Made by a program: the position numbers and the translations under genes. A stretch of DNA of 64,000 nucleotides from an uncultured Terracidiphilus sp. (GTDB lineage Bacteria > Acidobacteriota > Terriglobia > Terriglobales > Acidobacteriaceae): the NCBI GenBank assembly GCA_964445025.1, contig CAYUJM010000003.1:5475-69474 (forward strand). The letters run 5' to 3'. A model generated the notes under the pieces. It was not told the origin of the DNA. It made no database searches and was given only the letters and a program-made list of their open reading frames with translations. This document shows, in pieces, positions 17,072 to 26,878 of this stretch. Position 1 is the first letter of the stretch. The number at the start of each line of letters is the position of its first letter.

Positions 17072-18631
17072 TCACGCCCAGTAACTGCGGTCAAGCGTGC
17101 GATATTGGATCGCTTCCGCCAGGTGCGCTACGCTCAGGTGCTCGACGCCTTCCAGATCCGCGATGGTTCGCGCCACCTTCAGAATGCGGTCGTGCGCCCG
17201 CGCAGTCAGGCCCTGTTGCTGCATGGCTCGCTCCAGCAAGCGTTCGGCATCCGGGCTTAGCTCGCAGTGGGCGCGAATCTGCCGCGTAGTCATCTGTGCG
17301 TTGGCATAAATCTTGTCTCCGCTCTTTCCGAATCGCAGCCTCTGTCGTTCCCGAGCCGCCATCACTCGCCCGCGAATCTCCGCCGATCCCTCCGCAGCCG
17401 CTCCCCCGCGCAGTTCCTTATATTGCACCGCCGGAACTTCGATATGAATATCGATGCGGTCCAGAAGCGGGCCCGAGATCTTGGCCACATAGCGCTGGAT
17501 CATAGGCGGCGTGCACATGCACTCGCGCGATTTGTCGTTGAAGTAACCGCACGGACATGGATTCATCGCGGCCGCCAGCATGAAGCGCGCAGGAAAGCTC
17601 AGCGACATGGAGGCGCGCGCAATAGTTACCGCATGATCTTCGAGCGGCTGCCGCATCACCTCCAGCACGTTGCGCGGAAACTCCGGCAGCTCATCGAGGA
17701 ACAGCAGGCCATTGTGCGCCAGAGAAACTTCGCCGGGGCGCGGCATGATTCCGCCGCCAATCAATCCTGCGTCCGATATTGTGTGGTGCGGCGAGCGAAA
17801 CGGCCTCTGCGTCACCAGTCCGGCCGCTGCATCCAGAACACCGGCTACGGAGTGAATCTTGGTTGTCTCCAACGCCTCTTCAAAAGAAAGCGGGGCGAGG
17901 ATCGACGGCAGCCGCTTGGCCAGCATGGTCTTGCCCGAGCCGGGAGGGCCGATCATCAGAATGTTATGGCTGCCCGCCGCGGATACCTCCAGCGCACGCT
18001 TGGCCGTTTGCTGGCCGCGCACATCCTTGAAGTCCAGGGCGAAGTGCTGCAACTCGCCCAGCAGCGCTTCGGTTGACACGCGATACGGCTCGCGCTGAAT
18101 GGAACCCACGACCGATGTGTTGAGCAACTCCAGCACATCGAGCAGCGAAGAGACCGGATACACGTTCACACCTTCCACTACGGCGGCCTCTGCGGCATTG
18201 GCGGCAGGCAGAATCAGATTTGGAATATTCTTCTCGCGCGCCAGAATGGCAATGGGCAACATGCCCGGCACAGGACGCACGCTGCCGTCGAGCCCCAGTT
18301 CGCCCACCATGAGAAAGCGGCTCACGTCATCCAGCCGCAGAGCCCCATAGGCGCCGAGGATGCCGACGGCGATGGGCAGATCGAATCCCGCGCCTTCCTT
18401 CTTCATGTCCGCCGGCGCCAGGTTGATGGTGATGAAGGTGGGCGGAATGGTGTAGCCGGAGTTCTTGATGGCCGCGCGCACCCGGTCGCGGCTCTCCCGC
18501 ACCGACGCGTCCGGCAGGCCCACGGTGTGGAACACGTCCTTGTCCATCACCGCGCCGCTATAGTCGACCTCTACATCGATGAGGTTGGCATCAATGCCGT
18601 AGACCGCCGCGCTGAGGGCTTTGAAGAGCAT
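17072..18631 (-). CDS. comM: YifB/ComM-family Mg-chelatase-like AAA+ ATPase
   Basis: Start at the ATG 18629-18631 ([23 protein letters not shown]). Walker [23 protein letters not shown], and a C-terminal ChlI-like region. Confidence 0.9.
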   Translation of the reverse strand: MLFKALSAAVYGIDANLIDVEVDYSGAVMDKDVFHTVGLPDASVRESRDRVRAAIKNSGYTIPPTFITINLAPADMKKEGAGFDLPIAVGILGAYGALRLDDVSRFLMVGELGLDGSVRPVPGMLPIAILAREKNIPNLILPAANAAEAAVVEGVNVYPVSSLLDVLELLNTSVVGSIQREPYRVSTEALLGELQHFALDFKDVRGQQTAKRALEVSAAGSHNILMIGPPGSGKTMLAKRLPSILAPLSFEEALETTKIHSVAGVLDAAAGLVTQRPFRSPHHTISDAGLIGGGIMPRPGEVSLAHNGLLFLDELPEFPRNVLEVMRQPLEDHAVTIARASMSLSFPARFMLAAAMNPCPCGYFNDKSRECMCTPPMIQRYVAKISGPLLDRIDIHIEVPAVQYKELRGGAAAEGSAEIRGRVMAARERQRLRFGKSGDKIYANAQMTTRQIRAHCELSPDAERLLERAMQQQGLTARAHDRILKVARTIADLEGVEHLSVAHLAEAIQYRTLDRSYWA

Positions 18632-18835
18632 GATGAAAGTCGAGGGTGCAGCAGAAGCCAACGCGGAGGGAGTAGGGAACAGCGCACGGCAGGGCAGCAG
18701 GATAGCGCGATGCAATCTCCGCGCCTTTTTGTCTATAACTCAGAGCTGCCTGTCGTAATGATACATGCAGGCGTCCGGCCTTTCAGTTTCCCTGTCGCTA
18801 TTCTCGGTCTCGTGTCTCCCGCTACAATCTGATCC

Positions 18836-20257
18836 GTGACCACCAGTCTCTTCGACCTCTACAAAATCGGAGTTGGCCCATCGAGCTCGCACACCATGGG
18901 CCCCATGCGCGCTGCCTGCCGCTTTGCACGCGAACTTGGAAGTCGCGGCTTGCTCGATCGCGTCGCGCGTGTCCGGGTGGAGCTTTACGGCTCGCTTGCC
19001 CTCACCGGCCTCGGCCACGCCACGGACCGCGCGGTGCTGCTAGGGCTTTCCGGTCATGAACCGGCCACCATCGATCCCGCTGTTATCGCATCCACTGTGG
19101 CTCAGATCCGCGCCGCGCAAAGACTCGCTCTCGCCGGAACTCGCCCCATCGCTTTTCAGGAGGAACGTGATCTTCTCTTCGAGCGCAAAGTGATGTTTCC
19201 TCCCGGAGCGCACACCCAGCATCCCAACGGTCTGCGTTTCACGGCCTTTGACGCATCGGGCTCGGTCGTCAATCAGCGCACCTTCTTCTCCATCGGCGGC
19301 GGATTCATCACCGAGGATGGAGTAAACCAGCCGCCGGATGCGCGCGAAGCTGAAATTCCGTTTCCCTTTCATAGCGCCGCGGAGTTGCTGGCCACTGCCC
19401 AGGCCAACGAGCTCTCCATCGGCCAGCTCATGCTTGAGAATGAGTGCGCGCTGGCGAAGTCTGCCGGACCCGAAGAGAAACGCGCGCCCGTCGAGGTGGT
19501 GCGCGCAGGCATCGAGCGCATTTGGAAAACCATGCAGGAATGCATACAGCGCGGGATCGATACGGAAGGCATTCTTCCCGGCGGGTTGGAAGTTCGCCGC
19601 CGCGCGCACCGCCTTGCCGCGCGCCTGCGCGAAAAGGAAGCCACTGGCCTGCGCGGGGATCCCTTGGCCCCGCTCGACTGGATCTCCGTGTACGCCATCG
19701 CTGTGAATGAAGAGAACGCAGCAGGCGGACGCGTGGTCACCGCGCCAACGAACGGAGCGGCCGGCGTGGTCCCGGCCGTTGCGCATTACTACTCCCGCTT
19801 CATTCCCGGAGCGGATCACGAAGGCATCCTGCGTTTCTTCCTCACTTCCGCCGCCATCGGCATCCTTTATAAGGAGAATGCTTCGATCAGCGGCGCGGAA
19901 GTGGGTTGCCAGGGCGAAGTGGGCGTAGCCTGCTCCATGGCTGCCGGCGGGTTGACCGCCGCGCTGGGCGGCACCAATGGACAGGTGGAGCACGCCGCTG
20001 AAATCGCGATGGAGCACAATCTCGGCATGACCTGCGATCCCATCGGCGGCCTGGTCCAGATTCCCTGCATCGAGCGCAACGCCATGGGCGCGGCCAAAGC
20101 CGTGAATGCATCGCGCCTGGCACTGAACGAGTCTGAGGTGCACAAAGTATCGCTGGATCAGGTCATCCGCACCATGTACCTCACTGGACTCGACATGCAA
20201 TCGCGCTACAAAGAGACCAGCCTGGCCGGCCTCGCATTGAACATCATCGAATGCTGA
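18836..20257 (+). CDS. sdaA: L-serine ammonia-lyase (iron-sulfur dependent, single-chain form)
   Basis: The N-terminus [23 protein letters not shown] aligns with E. coli SdaA [23 protein letters not shown]. 473 aa, GTG start. Confidence 0.92.
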   Translation: MTTSLFDLYKIGVGPSSSHTMGPMRAACRFARELGSRGLLDRVARVRVELYGSLALTGLGHATDRAVLLGLSGHEPATIDPAVIASTVAQIRAAQRLALAGTRPIAFQEERDLLFERKVMFPPGAHTQHPNGLRFTAFDASGSVVNQRTFFSIGGGFITEDGVNQPPDAREAEIPFPFHSAAELLATAQANELSIGQLMLENECALAKSAGPEEKRAPVEVVRAGIERIWKTMQECIQRGIDTEGILPGGLEVRRRAHRLAARLREKEATGLRGDPLAPLDWISVYAIAVNEENAAGGRVVTAPTNGAAGVVPAVAHYYSRFIPGADHEGILRFFLTSAAIGILYKENASISGAEVGCQGEVGVACSMAAGGLTAALGGTNGQVEHAAEIAMEHNLGMTCDPIGGLVQIPCIERNAMGAAKAVNASRLALNESEVHKVSLDQVIRTMYLTGLDMQSRYKETSLAGLALNIIEC

Positions 20258-20280
20258 ATTTGTCGCGGAGGATTCTGCCC

Positions 20281-20778
20281 ATGATGCGTGCCATCGCCGC
20301 TCTCCTTCTGGTATTCCCCGTCACGGCAGTCGCGACCGATCGCGGCCCGTCCACTCCACAGGAACGAAAGCAGGCGCTTGAGTACATTCGTCACTTCAAG
20401 GCCGATCCGCTCAATCCGAATCTCAAGGCGGAGGCTCAGTGGGTCATGGAGTGGACCCGAGAGGTTCCCGACATACGCCTCGACCTCTGCACCAGCTTCT
20501 ACAAGATGCCCAAGGCCGAATTCAAAGATGGTCAGGTCCTTTTCAGCGCGATGGTGCTCGCGCAGACCGCGTTTGTACTTGAGAATCCTGATCGGCAGGA
20601 CGATGGACTCGCTCAGGTTCAGGCCGGTGTAGAAGGCGTGCTGCGCGTCTACGAGATGCTGATCCAGGCGAATTCAAAGGACCGCGAGCCATTTCTCGAT
20701 AAGCTGATCAAGCTGCGCGAAGGCGGAACGCTGGCACAATTTGTGAAGCTGCACGCAGCTCCCGCATGCGAGAACTGA
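20281..20778 (+). CDS. hypothetical secreted protein
   Basis: GGAGG (20267-20271) lies 9 nt before the ATG at 20281. Signal-like MMRAIAALLLVFPVTAVA. No family recognised. Confidence 0.55.
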   Translation: MMRAIAALLLVFPVTAVATDRGPSTPQERKQALEYIRHFKADPLNPNLKAEAQWVMEWTREVPDIRLDLCTSFYKMPKAEFKDGQVLFSAMVLAQTAFVLENPDRQDDGLAQVQAGVEGVLRVYEMLIQANSKDREPFLDKLIKLREGGTLAQFVKLHAAPACEN

Positions 20779-20885
20779 CAATCTGTTTTGCATCCGATGA
20801 GCGCGAACTTGTCGTTCGCACATCGAGACTCGATGCATCGCGAAAAAATTGTTGACCTTTTTTCCACTCTTCGTACGTTTTTTTC

Positions 20886-20914
20886 TTGACACTTGTCAAC
20901 GGTGAATCTATACA
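20886..20914 (+). promoter_or_regulatory. strong sigma70-type promoter for the small Lys/Ala-rich ORF
   Basis: TTGACA (20886-20891), 17-nt spacer, TATACA (20909-20914), in a locally AT-rich stretch. The 5'-UTR hairpin is CTGCAAT/ATTGCAG (20923-20942). Confidence 0.5.
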
Positions 20915-20980
20915 TTCATCAACTGCAATAAAAACATTGCAGACATCGATGCAAACCATCGAAAAGGGAGAATAGGCAAA

Positions 20981-21070
20981 ATGGCAACCAAGAAGGCAGC
21001 CAAGAAGGCACCCGCGAAGAAGGCAGCCGCCAAGAAGGCACCCGCGAAGAAGGCCGCAAAGAAGAAGTAA
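20981..21070 (+). CDS. 29-aa Lys/Ala-rich basic peptide (histone H1-like composition)
   Basis: ATG 20981 is preceded by GGGAGA. It translates to MATKKAAKKAPAKKAAAKKAPAKKAAKKK and has its own promoter and terminator hairpin. It is below the track's length cutoff; the track shows only the antisense ORF 20908..21090. Confidence 0.55.
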   Translation: MATKKAAKKAPAKKAAAKKAPAKKAAKKK

Positions 21071-21101
21071 TTGCGGTCAACCATCAACAAGGCAACACTC
21101 A

Positions 21102-21129
21102 GAGGGGGACGCTTAAAAGCGTCCCCCTC
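21102..21129 (+). terminator. hairpin terminator after the small basic ORF
   Basis: GAGGGGGACGC (21102-21112), loop ttaaaa, GCGTCCCCCTC (21119-21129): a perfect 11-bp stem 32 nt after the stop. The downstream AGTGTTTGT gives only a weak U-tract. Confidence 0.6.
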
Positions 21130-21199
21130 AGTGTTTGTGGGGAAGGACTAGACTTGTAGCGAAGGGAACACGGGGAAGGGAACCGATTCCCGGAACGCC

Positions 21200-21931
21200 A
21201 TGACGAGACGCCGCTGGATTGCCGAACATTGGGACGAAGTGACCGCCACCATTCTTGGCCCGCAGGCAGAGCATATGGCCCGCGTGCTGCGCGCTCACCC
21301 CGGCATGGAGGCTGATGTGGTCGCCGGCGGCCACGTCTTCCACGCTGAAGTTGCCGCCGTTCATCCCACTGAGGTCCGATTCAACCTCATTGCCGAAGTC
21401 CAGGCAGATCCAGCTCTGCCTGTCACGCTGGTTCTCGCCATCTATAAATTCGATCGCATGGAGTGGGCTCTCGAAAAGGCCACGGAGTTGGGCGTGGCCT
21501 CCATAGCGCCGGTGGTTGCGCGCCGCACGGAGAAACACCTGGCCCTGGCCGCGGAAAAGCGCGCCGAGCGCTGGCGCCGCATCGTCCATGAAGCGGCTCA
21601 GCAGTCGCGCCGTTCCGATGTGCCCCTGATCCACGAACCCGCAACCCTGGCCTCGCGCGTCCGCGCCGTCGCCGCCGCCACGCGCATCGTGCTTGCCGAG
21701 CAGGAGCGCACCACCACTTTGCGCCATGCCATCGAGGAGGCCGCTGCTGCCGCCGCGGAAGAAATGCCCTCGCTTGAAATAGCCATCGGCCCTGAAGGTG
21801 GATGGGCTCCGAGCGAGGAAGCGCTCTTCGACGCGAACGGCTGGCGCGCAACGTCGCTCGGTCCGCGCATCCTGCGCGCGGAGACGGCAGCCATCGCTGC
21901 TCTGGCGGTGGTGGCGTCGTGCCTGGAGTAG
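21200..21931 (+). CDS. rsmE: 16S rRNA (uracil1498-N3)-methyltransferase RsmE family
   Basis: 243 aa. The layout is typical of RsmE: a PUA-like N-terminus, LVLAIYKFDRMEWALEKATELGV, QQSRRSDVP and a C-terminal GPEGGW...LGPRILRAETA. Confidence 0.85.
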   Translation: MTRRRWIAEHWDEVTATILGPQAEHMARVLRAHPGMEADVVAGGHVFHAEVAAVHPTEVRFNLIAEVQADPALPVTLVLAIYKFDRMEWALEKATELGVASIAPVVARRTEKHLALAAEKRAERWRRIVHEAAQQSRRSDVPLIHEPATLASRVRAVAAATRIVLAEQERTTTLRHAIEEAAAAAAEEMPSLEIAIGPEGGWAPSEEALFDANGWRATSLGPRILRAETAAIAALAVVASCLE

Positions 21932-21970
21932 CTGGGCAATCGTTGGATCGCGTGAACAAACCGAGGGTGC

Positions 21971-21996
21971 CCCACATCTCGCTTCTGAGATGTGGG
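21971..21996. terminator. perfect 10-bp hairpin between convergent rsmE and the aquaporin gene
   Basis: CCCACATCTC (21971-21980), loop gcttct, GAGATGTGGG (21987-21996), flanked by GGGTGCC / AACCCC. Confidence 0.5.
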
Positions 21997-22080
21997 AACC
22001 CCTGCAGCCAGGTGTCTCATCGCTGCCAGTTTTTTCTCTCAAGGTCGAGAAGCGGAGCCCAGCGCGTGGCGAAGCTCCAT

Positions 22081-22809
22081 CTAAAGATGCGCGTAGTGTA
22101 GCAGCAGCCCGGCGAGCGCCGCGCCCGCAAGGTCGCCGATGATCGGAATGGGCGCATAGCTCCAGTTCGATCCGCCCTTGCCGGGAATCGGCAGCAGAGC
22201 ATGAACGATGCGCGGGCCAAGATCGCGCGCAGGATTGATGGCGTAGCCCGTGGTTCCTCCCAAGGAAAGCCCGATGCCCCACACCAGGCTGCCCACCAGC
22301 CACGGCGCCAGGCCCGGCGCGGGTCCTGTGGCGGATACTCCATGGGAGCCGATGGCAGCGGCCACCACCACCAGTACCGCCGTGCCCATCATCTCGCTCA
22401 GGATATTGAAGAGAGGACTGCGCACGGCCGCGTTGGTGCAGAAAATGCCCAGCTTGGCCGCGGGGTCGGGTGTCAGCTTCCAGTGCGGCCCATAGTGCAG
22501 CGCCATCAGTGCCGCTCCGCACATGGCGCCCAGCAACTGCGCCCACCAAATGCTCAACAGTTGCGAGTAGTCTCCGGTGCTTACAGCGTTCGCGAGCGTG
22601 ATGGCCGGATTCATGTTGGCTCCGGGGCTTCCGAACGCCTGCGCCACCAACACTCCGCACAGCACGGCCAAGGCCCATCCTGCGGCGATGACCATCCAGC
22701 CCGCGTCGGCGGCATACGACTTGCGTAACGTCACGCCGGCATTCACGCCGTTGCCCAGCAGAACCAGTACTAATGTACCCAGGAACTCGCCTAACCAGAC
22801 AGAATGCAT
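22081..22809 (-). CDS. MIP-family channel, aquaglyceroporin (GlpF-like)
   Basis: 242 aa from the ATG 22807-22809. Two NPA boxes (NMNPAITL and INPARDLGPR) and six hydrophobic segments. The upstream 214 codons of track ORF 22081..23451 were discarded. Confidence 0.88.
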   Translation of the reverse strand: MHSVWLGEFLGTLVLVLLGNGVNAGVTLRKSYAADAGWMVIAAGWALAVLCGVLVAQAFGSPGANMNPAITLANAVSTGDYSQLLSIWWAQLLGAMCGAALMALHYGPHWKLTPDPAAKLGIFCTNAAVRSPLFNILSEMMGTAVLVVVAAAIGSHGVSATGPAPGLAPWLVGSLVWGIGLSLGGTTGYAINPARDLGPRIVHALLPIPGKGGSNWSYAPIPIIGDLAGAALAGLLLHYAHL

Positions 22810-23208
22810 CGCAATCGTCCTTGCCCTTGCGACCCGGCAGGCGGTTGTATCCCCCGGCAGAGCGCAAATCAATCCAGAATTTGCGGAACTCAAGCATGAT
22901 GCACTGTCTGGCCCCGCTTCGCCAAGGGGCAGAGCGGCAAAGCAGAGAAACAACTCCTGCAAGCGATCGGAACGGCGCACGATGGTTTTCTTCCCGTAGG
23001 GAAGAATCGAGAATAGCCCCGGATGGAGTCCGCTATGGCGGACGGAATCCGGGGGCTGGCGTCCCAATCCCGATTTCGCGTCCCGTAGGGCCGCGACGAA
23101 CCGTTGCATCCACGCACAGTCATGTTCATGCCAATGCGCCGGATTCATCGCCTTGCGCGGACCGCGCACCCGCAAAAAACAGGTATGCTGATCGATAGAA
23201 GGCTGTAC

Positions 23209-23685
23209 ATGCCCGTTGAGATCAGAACGGCCACCGACCAGGATGTAGCCGCAATGGCGGCCATCCGCGCGAAGGTATGGGGGACCGAGGCCTTTTGGCG
23301 GGGCCGCATCGGACGCTATCTCACGGGCGAGCATTCTCCCCAGCATGCCCAGGCTGCGCGGCAGATCTTCGTCGCGGTGGAAGATGGCGCGGTCCTGGGT
23401 TTCGTCGCAGGACATCGGACAAGCCGCTTTGGCTTCGACGGCGAACTGCAATGGATCGATGTTGTGCAGGACCGCCGCAGGAGCGGCATTGCCGGAGTCT
23501 TAATCAGGAAGATTGCCGTGTGGTTTGTTCAGCAGAGCGCGTTTCGAGTTTGCGTCAACGTCGCTGAGGAGAATTTCGCCGCGCGCGGGCTTTACGCCAA
23601 GCATGGCGCCCAGCCGTTGAGTGAGCAGTGGCTGGTTTGGGACGATATCCGGGTCACGCTTGCGCACGTGGACGACGCTCATTGA
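23209..23685 (+). CDS. GNAT-family N-acetyltransferase
   Basis: Start at the ATG 23209 (MPVEIRTATDQD). Acetyl-CoA-binding-like block VVQDRRRSGIAGVLI and ARGLYAKHG. Confidence 0.75.
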   Translation: MPVEIRTATDQDVAAMAAIRAKVWGTEAFWRGRIGRYLTGEHSPQHAQAARQIFVAVEDGAVLGFVAGHRTSRFGFDGELQWIDVVQDRRRSGIAGVLIRKIAVWFVQQSAFRVCVNVAEENFAARGLYAKHGAQPLSEQWLVWDDIRVTLAHVDDAH

Positions 23686-24734
23686 CTCGTTCCCGGAATT
23701 TGCTTTGAGTAATCGCTCCAATGCGTGAGCAATTCCTGAACAACTGCATGCCCAACCGTGTAGGCAGCCTCCAGCGAAGGCAGGTAACCGCTGTACTTGC
23801 CGATGCGCTGTGTGGCCAGGCTCTCGGCCGCCGTCATCCCGCGTGGCTCCCGGTCGTAGTTGCTCACCGTGCGCAGGATCAGGACCCGCCGACGATCCAC
23901 GCGCCCAGCATTCGCCAGATATTCCAGCGACTGCAGCGTTCCTGTGTCTTCCATTGCAGTGGTGGCGAACTCTCCCTGGCCGTTGGTAAAGTACCGCATC
24001 CACTCCGTGGCCCACGCGTCGAAGAGCTTGCCGTGCCAATAGCGCGAAGACGAGACCTCATCGCCCATGCTCACAAGCGGCGGCCGTTGCGCCGCTGCAC
24101 CCTCGAAGTTGCCGCGAATCTCCCTCAAGTGCTCCGAGTCTGCAAGCGGCGTTGCGCGTGTCAGGTTGTAGGCCCACTCGGCGAGTCCCTTGTTGAGCGC
24201 GTACAACTGGCCTGGAAGCGGCGCCGCCGGCTCTTCAAACGGCTTTGACTTTCTCAGCGGCAGATAGCCCGTCGTCCAGTCGGGCGGAATCTCCCTTGCG
24301 TCGATCTCGTAACCCAGGTCGCCATCGACAACCCATCGCGCCCATACTGCGGACCCCAGCGAAGCTTTGTCCGGACTCGCACCCGCGATGCCGGCGACAA
24401 TCCAGTACGCATGACTGAGGTCGAAGCGAGGGTCCAGGCCCAGCGCCATGATGGTTGCCGCGGCGTGTGCTGTCCCCTGGCCGGTCAGCACGGCCATCTC
24501 GCCATCGCCATTCATGCGCACCGCGTGGTATCCGGCTGCCAGCGGATAGATGCGGTCCAGGTGGTCGCGCTCCACCCAGTACTGCAACTCGCCGGGCTGG
24601 TCGCCCGTGTCGGCGCCCACCTCAAACATGGTGACCACCACAACCTTGACCGGAATGGCGTGCGGTTTGGCCTCAGCCGCGGCGAGAGCGGCGCAACTGA
24701 GGAGCGCGAGAAGAAATCGTGAGCGAGTCGTCAT
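23679..24734 (-). CDS. purine nucleoside permease (NUP, PF06516-like) family protein
   Basis: Start at the ATG 24732-24734, with a signal peptide MTTRSRFLLALLSCAALAAAEA. Blocks VVVVTMFEVGADTGDQPGELQYWVER and YWIVAGIAGASP resemble the NUP family. Confidence 0.75.
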   Translation of the reverse strand: MTTRSRFLLALLSCAALAAAEAKPHAIPVKVVVVTMFEVGADTGDQPGELQYWVERDHLDRIYPLAAGYHAVRMNGDGEMAVLTGQGTAHAAATIMALGLDPRFDLSHAYWIVAGIAGASPDKASLGSAVWARWVVDGDLGYEIDAREIPPDWTTGYLPLRKSKPFEEPAAPLPGQLYALNKGLAEWAYNLTRATPLADSEHLREIRGNFEGAAAQRPPLVSMGDEVSSSRYWHGKLFDAWATEWMRYFTNGQGEFATTAMEDTGTLQSLEYLANAGRVDRRRVLILRTVSNYDREPRGMTAAESLATQRIGKYSGYLPSLEAAYTVGHAVVQELLTHWSDYSKQIPGTSQ

Positions 24735-24823
24735 TGATTGCGATGTTAACTGAGACTCGTTCACCGGGAAAGCGATTCTCCCTCCACGCGCGATACCATG
24801 AGAGGAATCGGAGGGTCGAGCAT

Positions 24824-25909
24824 ATGAAGCCTTCAGCAAGACTTTTGGGTTTGGCGGTGATGATTTCCGGAGCAGTTGTTTCCATGCAGGCGCAACAGGC
24901 AGGCACACCACCCGGAGGCCACCACTGGACCATCGTGGTCCACGGGGGCGCGGGAGTCATTGAGCGGCCGGCGCTGGGGCCCAAGGGGGATGCGGCCTAT
25001 CGCGCAGCGCTGACCACGGGAGTTGAAGCGGGCGCCAGGGTGCTCGACGAGGGCGGCTCGGCGCTGGATGCGGTGGAGACGGTACTCAAGATCTTCGAGG
25101 ACGATCCGCTCTTCAATGCCGGGCGCGGCGCCGTGTTTACCTCCGAGGGAAAGAATGAGCTGGACGCGTCGATCATGGACGGCTCGACTCTGAAGGCGGG
25201 CGCCGTCTGCAGCGTCACGCACACGCGGCACCCCATCAGCCTGGCGCGCGCCGTGATGGAGAAGTCGCCTTACGTCATGATGTCTGCGCCCGGTGCTGAA
25301 GCTTTTGGTGCGCGCGAGGGGCTGGAGCAGGTCGATCCCAGCTTCTTCTTCACCGAGGCGCGCTGGCAGTCGCTGGTGAAGCAGTTGACGAAAGATGGCA
25401 AGCCGATACCGCCGCGGCCCGCGGGCGCGCCGCCGGCTGGCACAACGGTGCCGGTCGCTTTTTATGACGAGGGGGCCGATCGGCACAGTCACGGGACCAC
25501 GGGCGTGGTAGCGCTTGACCGCAACGGCAACATCGCCGCCGGTACATCGACGGGCGGTTTACAGGGCAAGATGCCCGGCCGTGTGGGAGACTCGCCCATC
25601 ATCGGCGCGGGAACGTATGCGTCGAACCAGTCGTGCGCGGTCTCTTCCACAGGCTCAGGCGAGTACTTCATCCGCCTGGGCGTGGCGCGCGAAGTCTGCA
25701 ACCTGGTGGCCTTTAAAGGTATGCCGATCCAGCAGGCCGCGGACGAGGTGATCCATCATGAGCTGGATGCGCTGCACGGAGATGGCGGCGTCATCGCTCT
25801 CACTCCGGACGGGCAGACGGCGTTCAGCTTCAATACGCCGGGAATGTTCCGCGCCCGTCTGAGCGAGGGCGGTAAGCTGGAGGTCCGCATCTATAAGGAT
25901 GAGCAGTAG
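24824..25909 (+). CDS. isoaspartyl peptidase / L-asparaginase (plant-type asparaginase, Ntn hydrolase)
   Basis: GGAGGG lies upstream of the ATG at 24824, and there is a signal peptide. Blocks HGGAG, DPLFNAGRGAVFT, autoprocessing-site context HGTTGVVALD, and GRVGDSPIIGAGTYA. Confidence 0.88.
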   Translation: MKPSARLLGLAVMISGAVVSMQAQQAGTPPGGHHWTIVVHGGAGVIERPALGPKGDAAYRAALTTGVEAGARVLDEGGSALDAVETVLKIFEDDPLFNAGRGAVFTSEGKNELDASIMDGSTLKAGAVCSVTHTRHPISLARAVMEKSPYVMMSAPGAEAFGAREGLEQVDPSFFFTEARWQSLVKQLTKDGKPIPPRPAGAPPAGTTVPVAFYDEGADRHSHGTTGVVALDRNGNIAAGTSTGGLQGKMPGRVGDSPIIGAGTYASNQSCAVSSTGSGEYFIRLGVAREVCNLVAFKGMPIQQAADEVIHHELDALHGDGGVIALTPDGQTAFSFNTPGMFRARLSEGGKLEVRIYKDEQ

Positions 25910-25937
25910 AAGAGGACAAGCCCCGCGAGAACCGCAA

Positions 25938-26768
25938 TTACACGGCTTCCGATTTCCGGCTTGAGATGCACAACTGCCATTTGGTGCGCGTGTAGGCGAT
26001 CTGGAAGCCCTTGCGTTCGGCATTGCGCTGGGATTCGCTGCCCGGCAGCGCGACCATCATGGCCAGGTCGCATCCATGGTCGAACGCGTAACGCATGCGC
26101 TCCTCGAGCAAGGCTGTCTGCATGCCGCGGCGGCGCAGTTCAGGAACTGTCGATGATCCGGCGAAGAGCGCAACACCTTCATGAATCGAAAGGACGGCCG
26201 CTGCGCCCGGTTGGCCGTCCGCCTCGGCCAGAAAACAAACGGACTGCAGGCGCGCAGCGGTGATAGCGCCAAACTGGGTGAGGAATTCCATCAGTTCTGG
26301 ATGGTCGTGCGCCCACCCCCTGGCGCTGATCCTGCTCCAGAGTTCCGCTTCTTCCGGGCCGATCCTGCGGACAGAAACATCTCTCGCAGCGCCTGTGGCG
26401 GGTTGATGCACTTTGCGGTAGAGAACACTGCTCAGTTCAAACGGCCGGTAACCGCGGCGACAGAGCATCTCGAGCGCGGTAACACCGGCGAAGGGGCTCA
26501 CCTCGTGCAGCACCGGCGCAGCGCGATCGAGGAAGAAGCGCTCAATCGTGTTCAGCATCTCTTCGGTCATCTCTTCGAAGATGCCTAGGCCGAAGGTCTG
26601 CGTGCAGGGAGAGTTCACGCCATCAAATACCGCAAGCGCCCCGCCGCACTCCATCCATTCCGCTCCGCTTTCGGGAAATTGCCGGCGCCGGGTCTGCGCA
26701 TATTGCGCGCACGCAAATCCCTCTGCCCGTTCCAGCCGTCTTGCGAGCGCAAGGTCTGAGAAGATCAT
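25938..26768 (-). CDS. GNAT-family N-acetyltransferase
   Basis: 276 aa. The C-terminal half has the GNAT core (STVPELRRRGMQTALL ... NAERKGF). Confidence 0.7.
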   Translation of the reverse strand: MIFSDLALARRLERAEGFACAQYAQTRRRQFPESGAEWMECGGALAVFDGVNSPCTQTFGLGIFEEMTEEMLNTIERFFLDRAAPVLHEVSPFAGVTALEMLCRRGYRPFELSSVLYRKVHQPATGAARDVSVRRIGPEEAELWSRISARGWAHDHPELMEFLTQFGAITAARLQSVCFLAEADGQPGAAAVLSIHEGVALFAGSSTVPELRRRGMQTALLEERMRYAFDHGCDLAMMVALPGSESQRNAERKGFQIAYTRTKWQLCISSRKSEAV

Positions 26769-26878
26769 GGCGTTCAGTCTACGACTGCCAACCCGCGATG
26801 CCTAATCGAACCAGCGGCGCAAGCAAAAAGGCCATCCCCGTGGGGACGGCTTTTTGCAATCGGAGAAACAAAATCAGC

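Noticed and set aside
21128-22897. 589-aa ORF on the minus strand, the longest unexplained ORF in this stretch
   Set aside because: It lies antisense to rsmE and out of frame with the aquaporin gene, both of which show clear family motifs. Its translation is Arg/Gly/Ala/His-rich low-complexity sequence, typical of alternative frames in GC-rich DNA.
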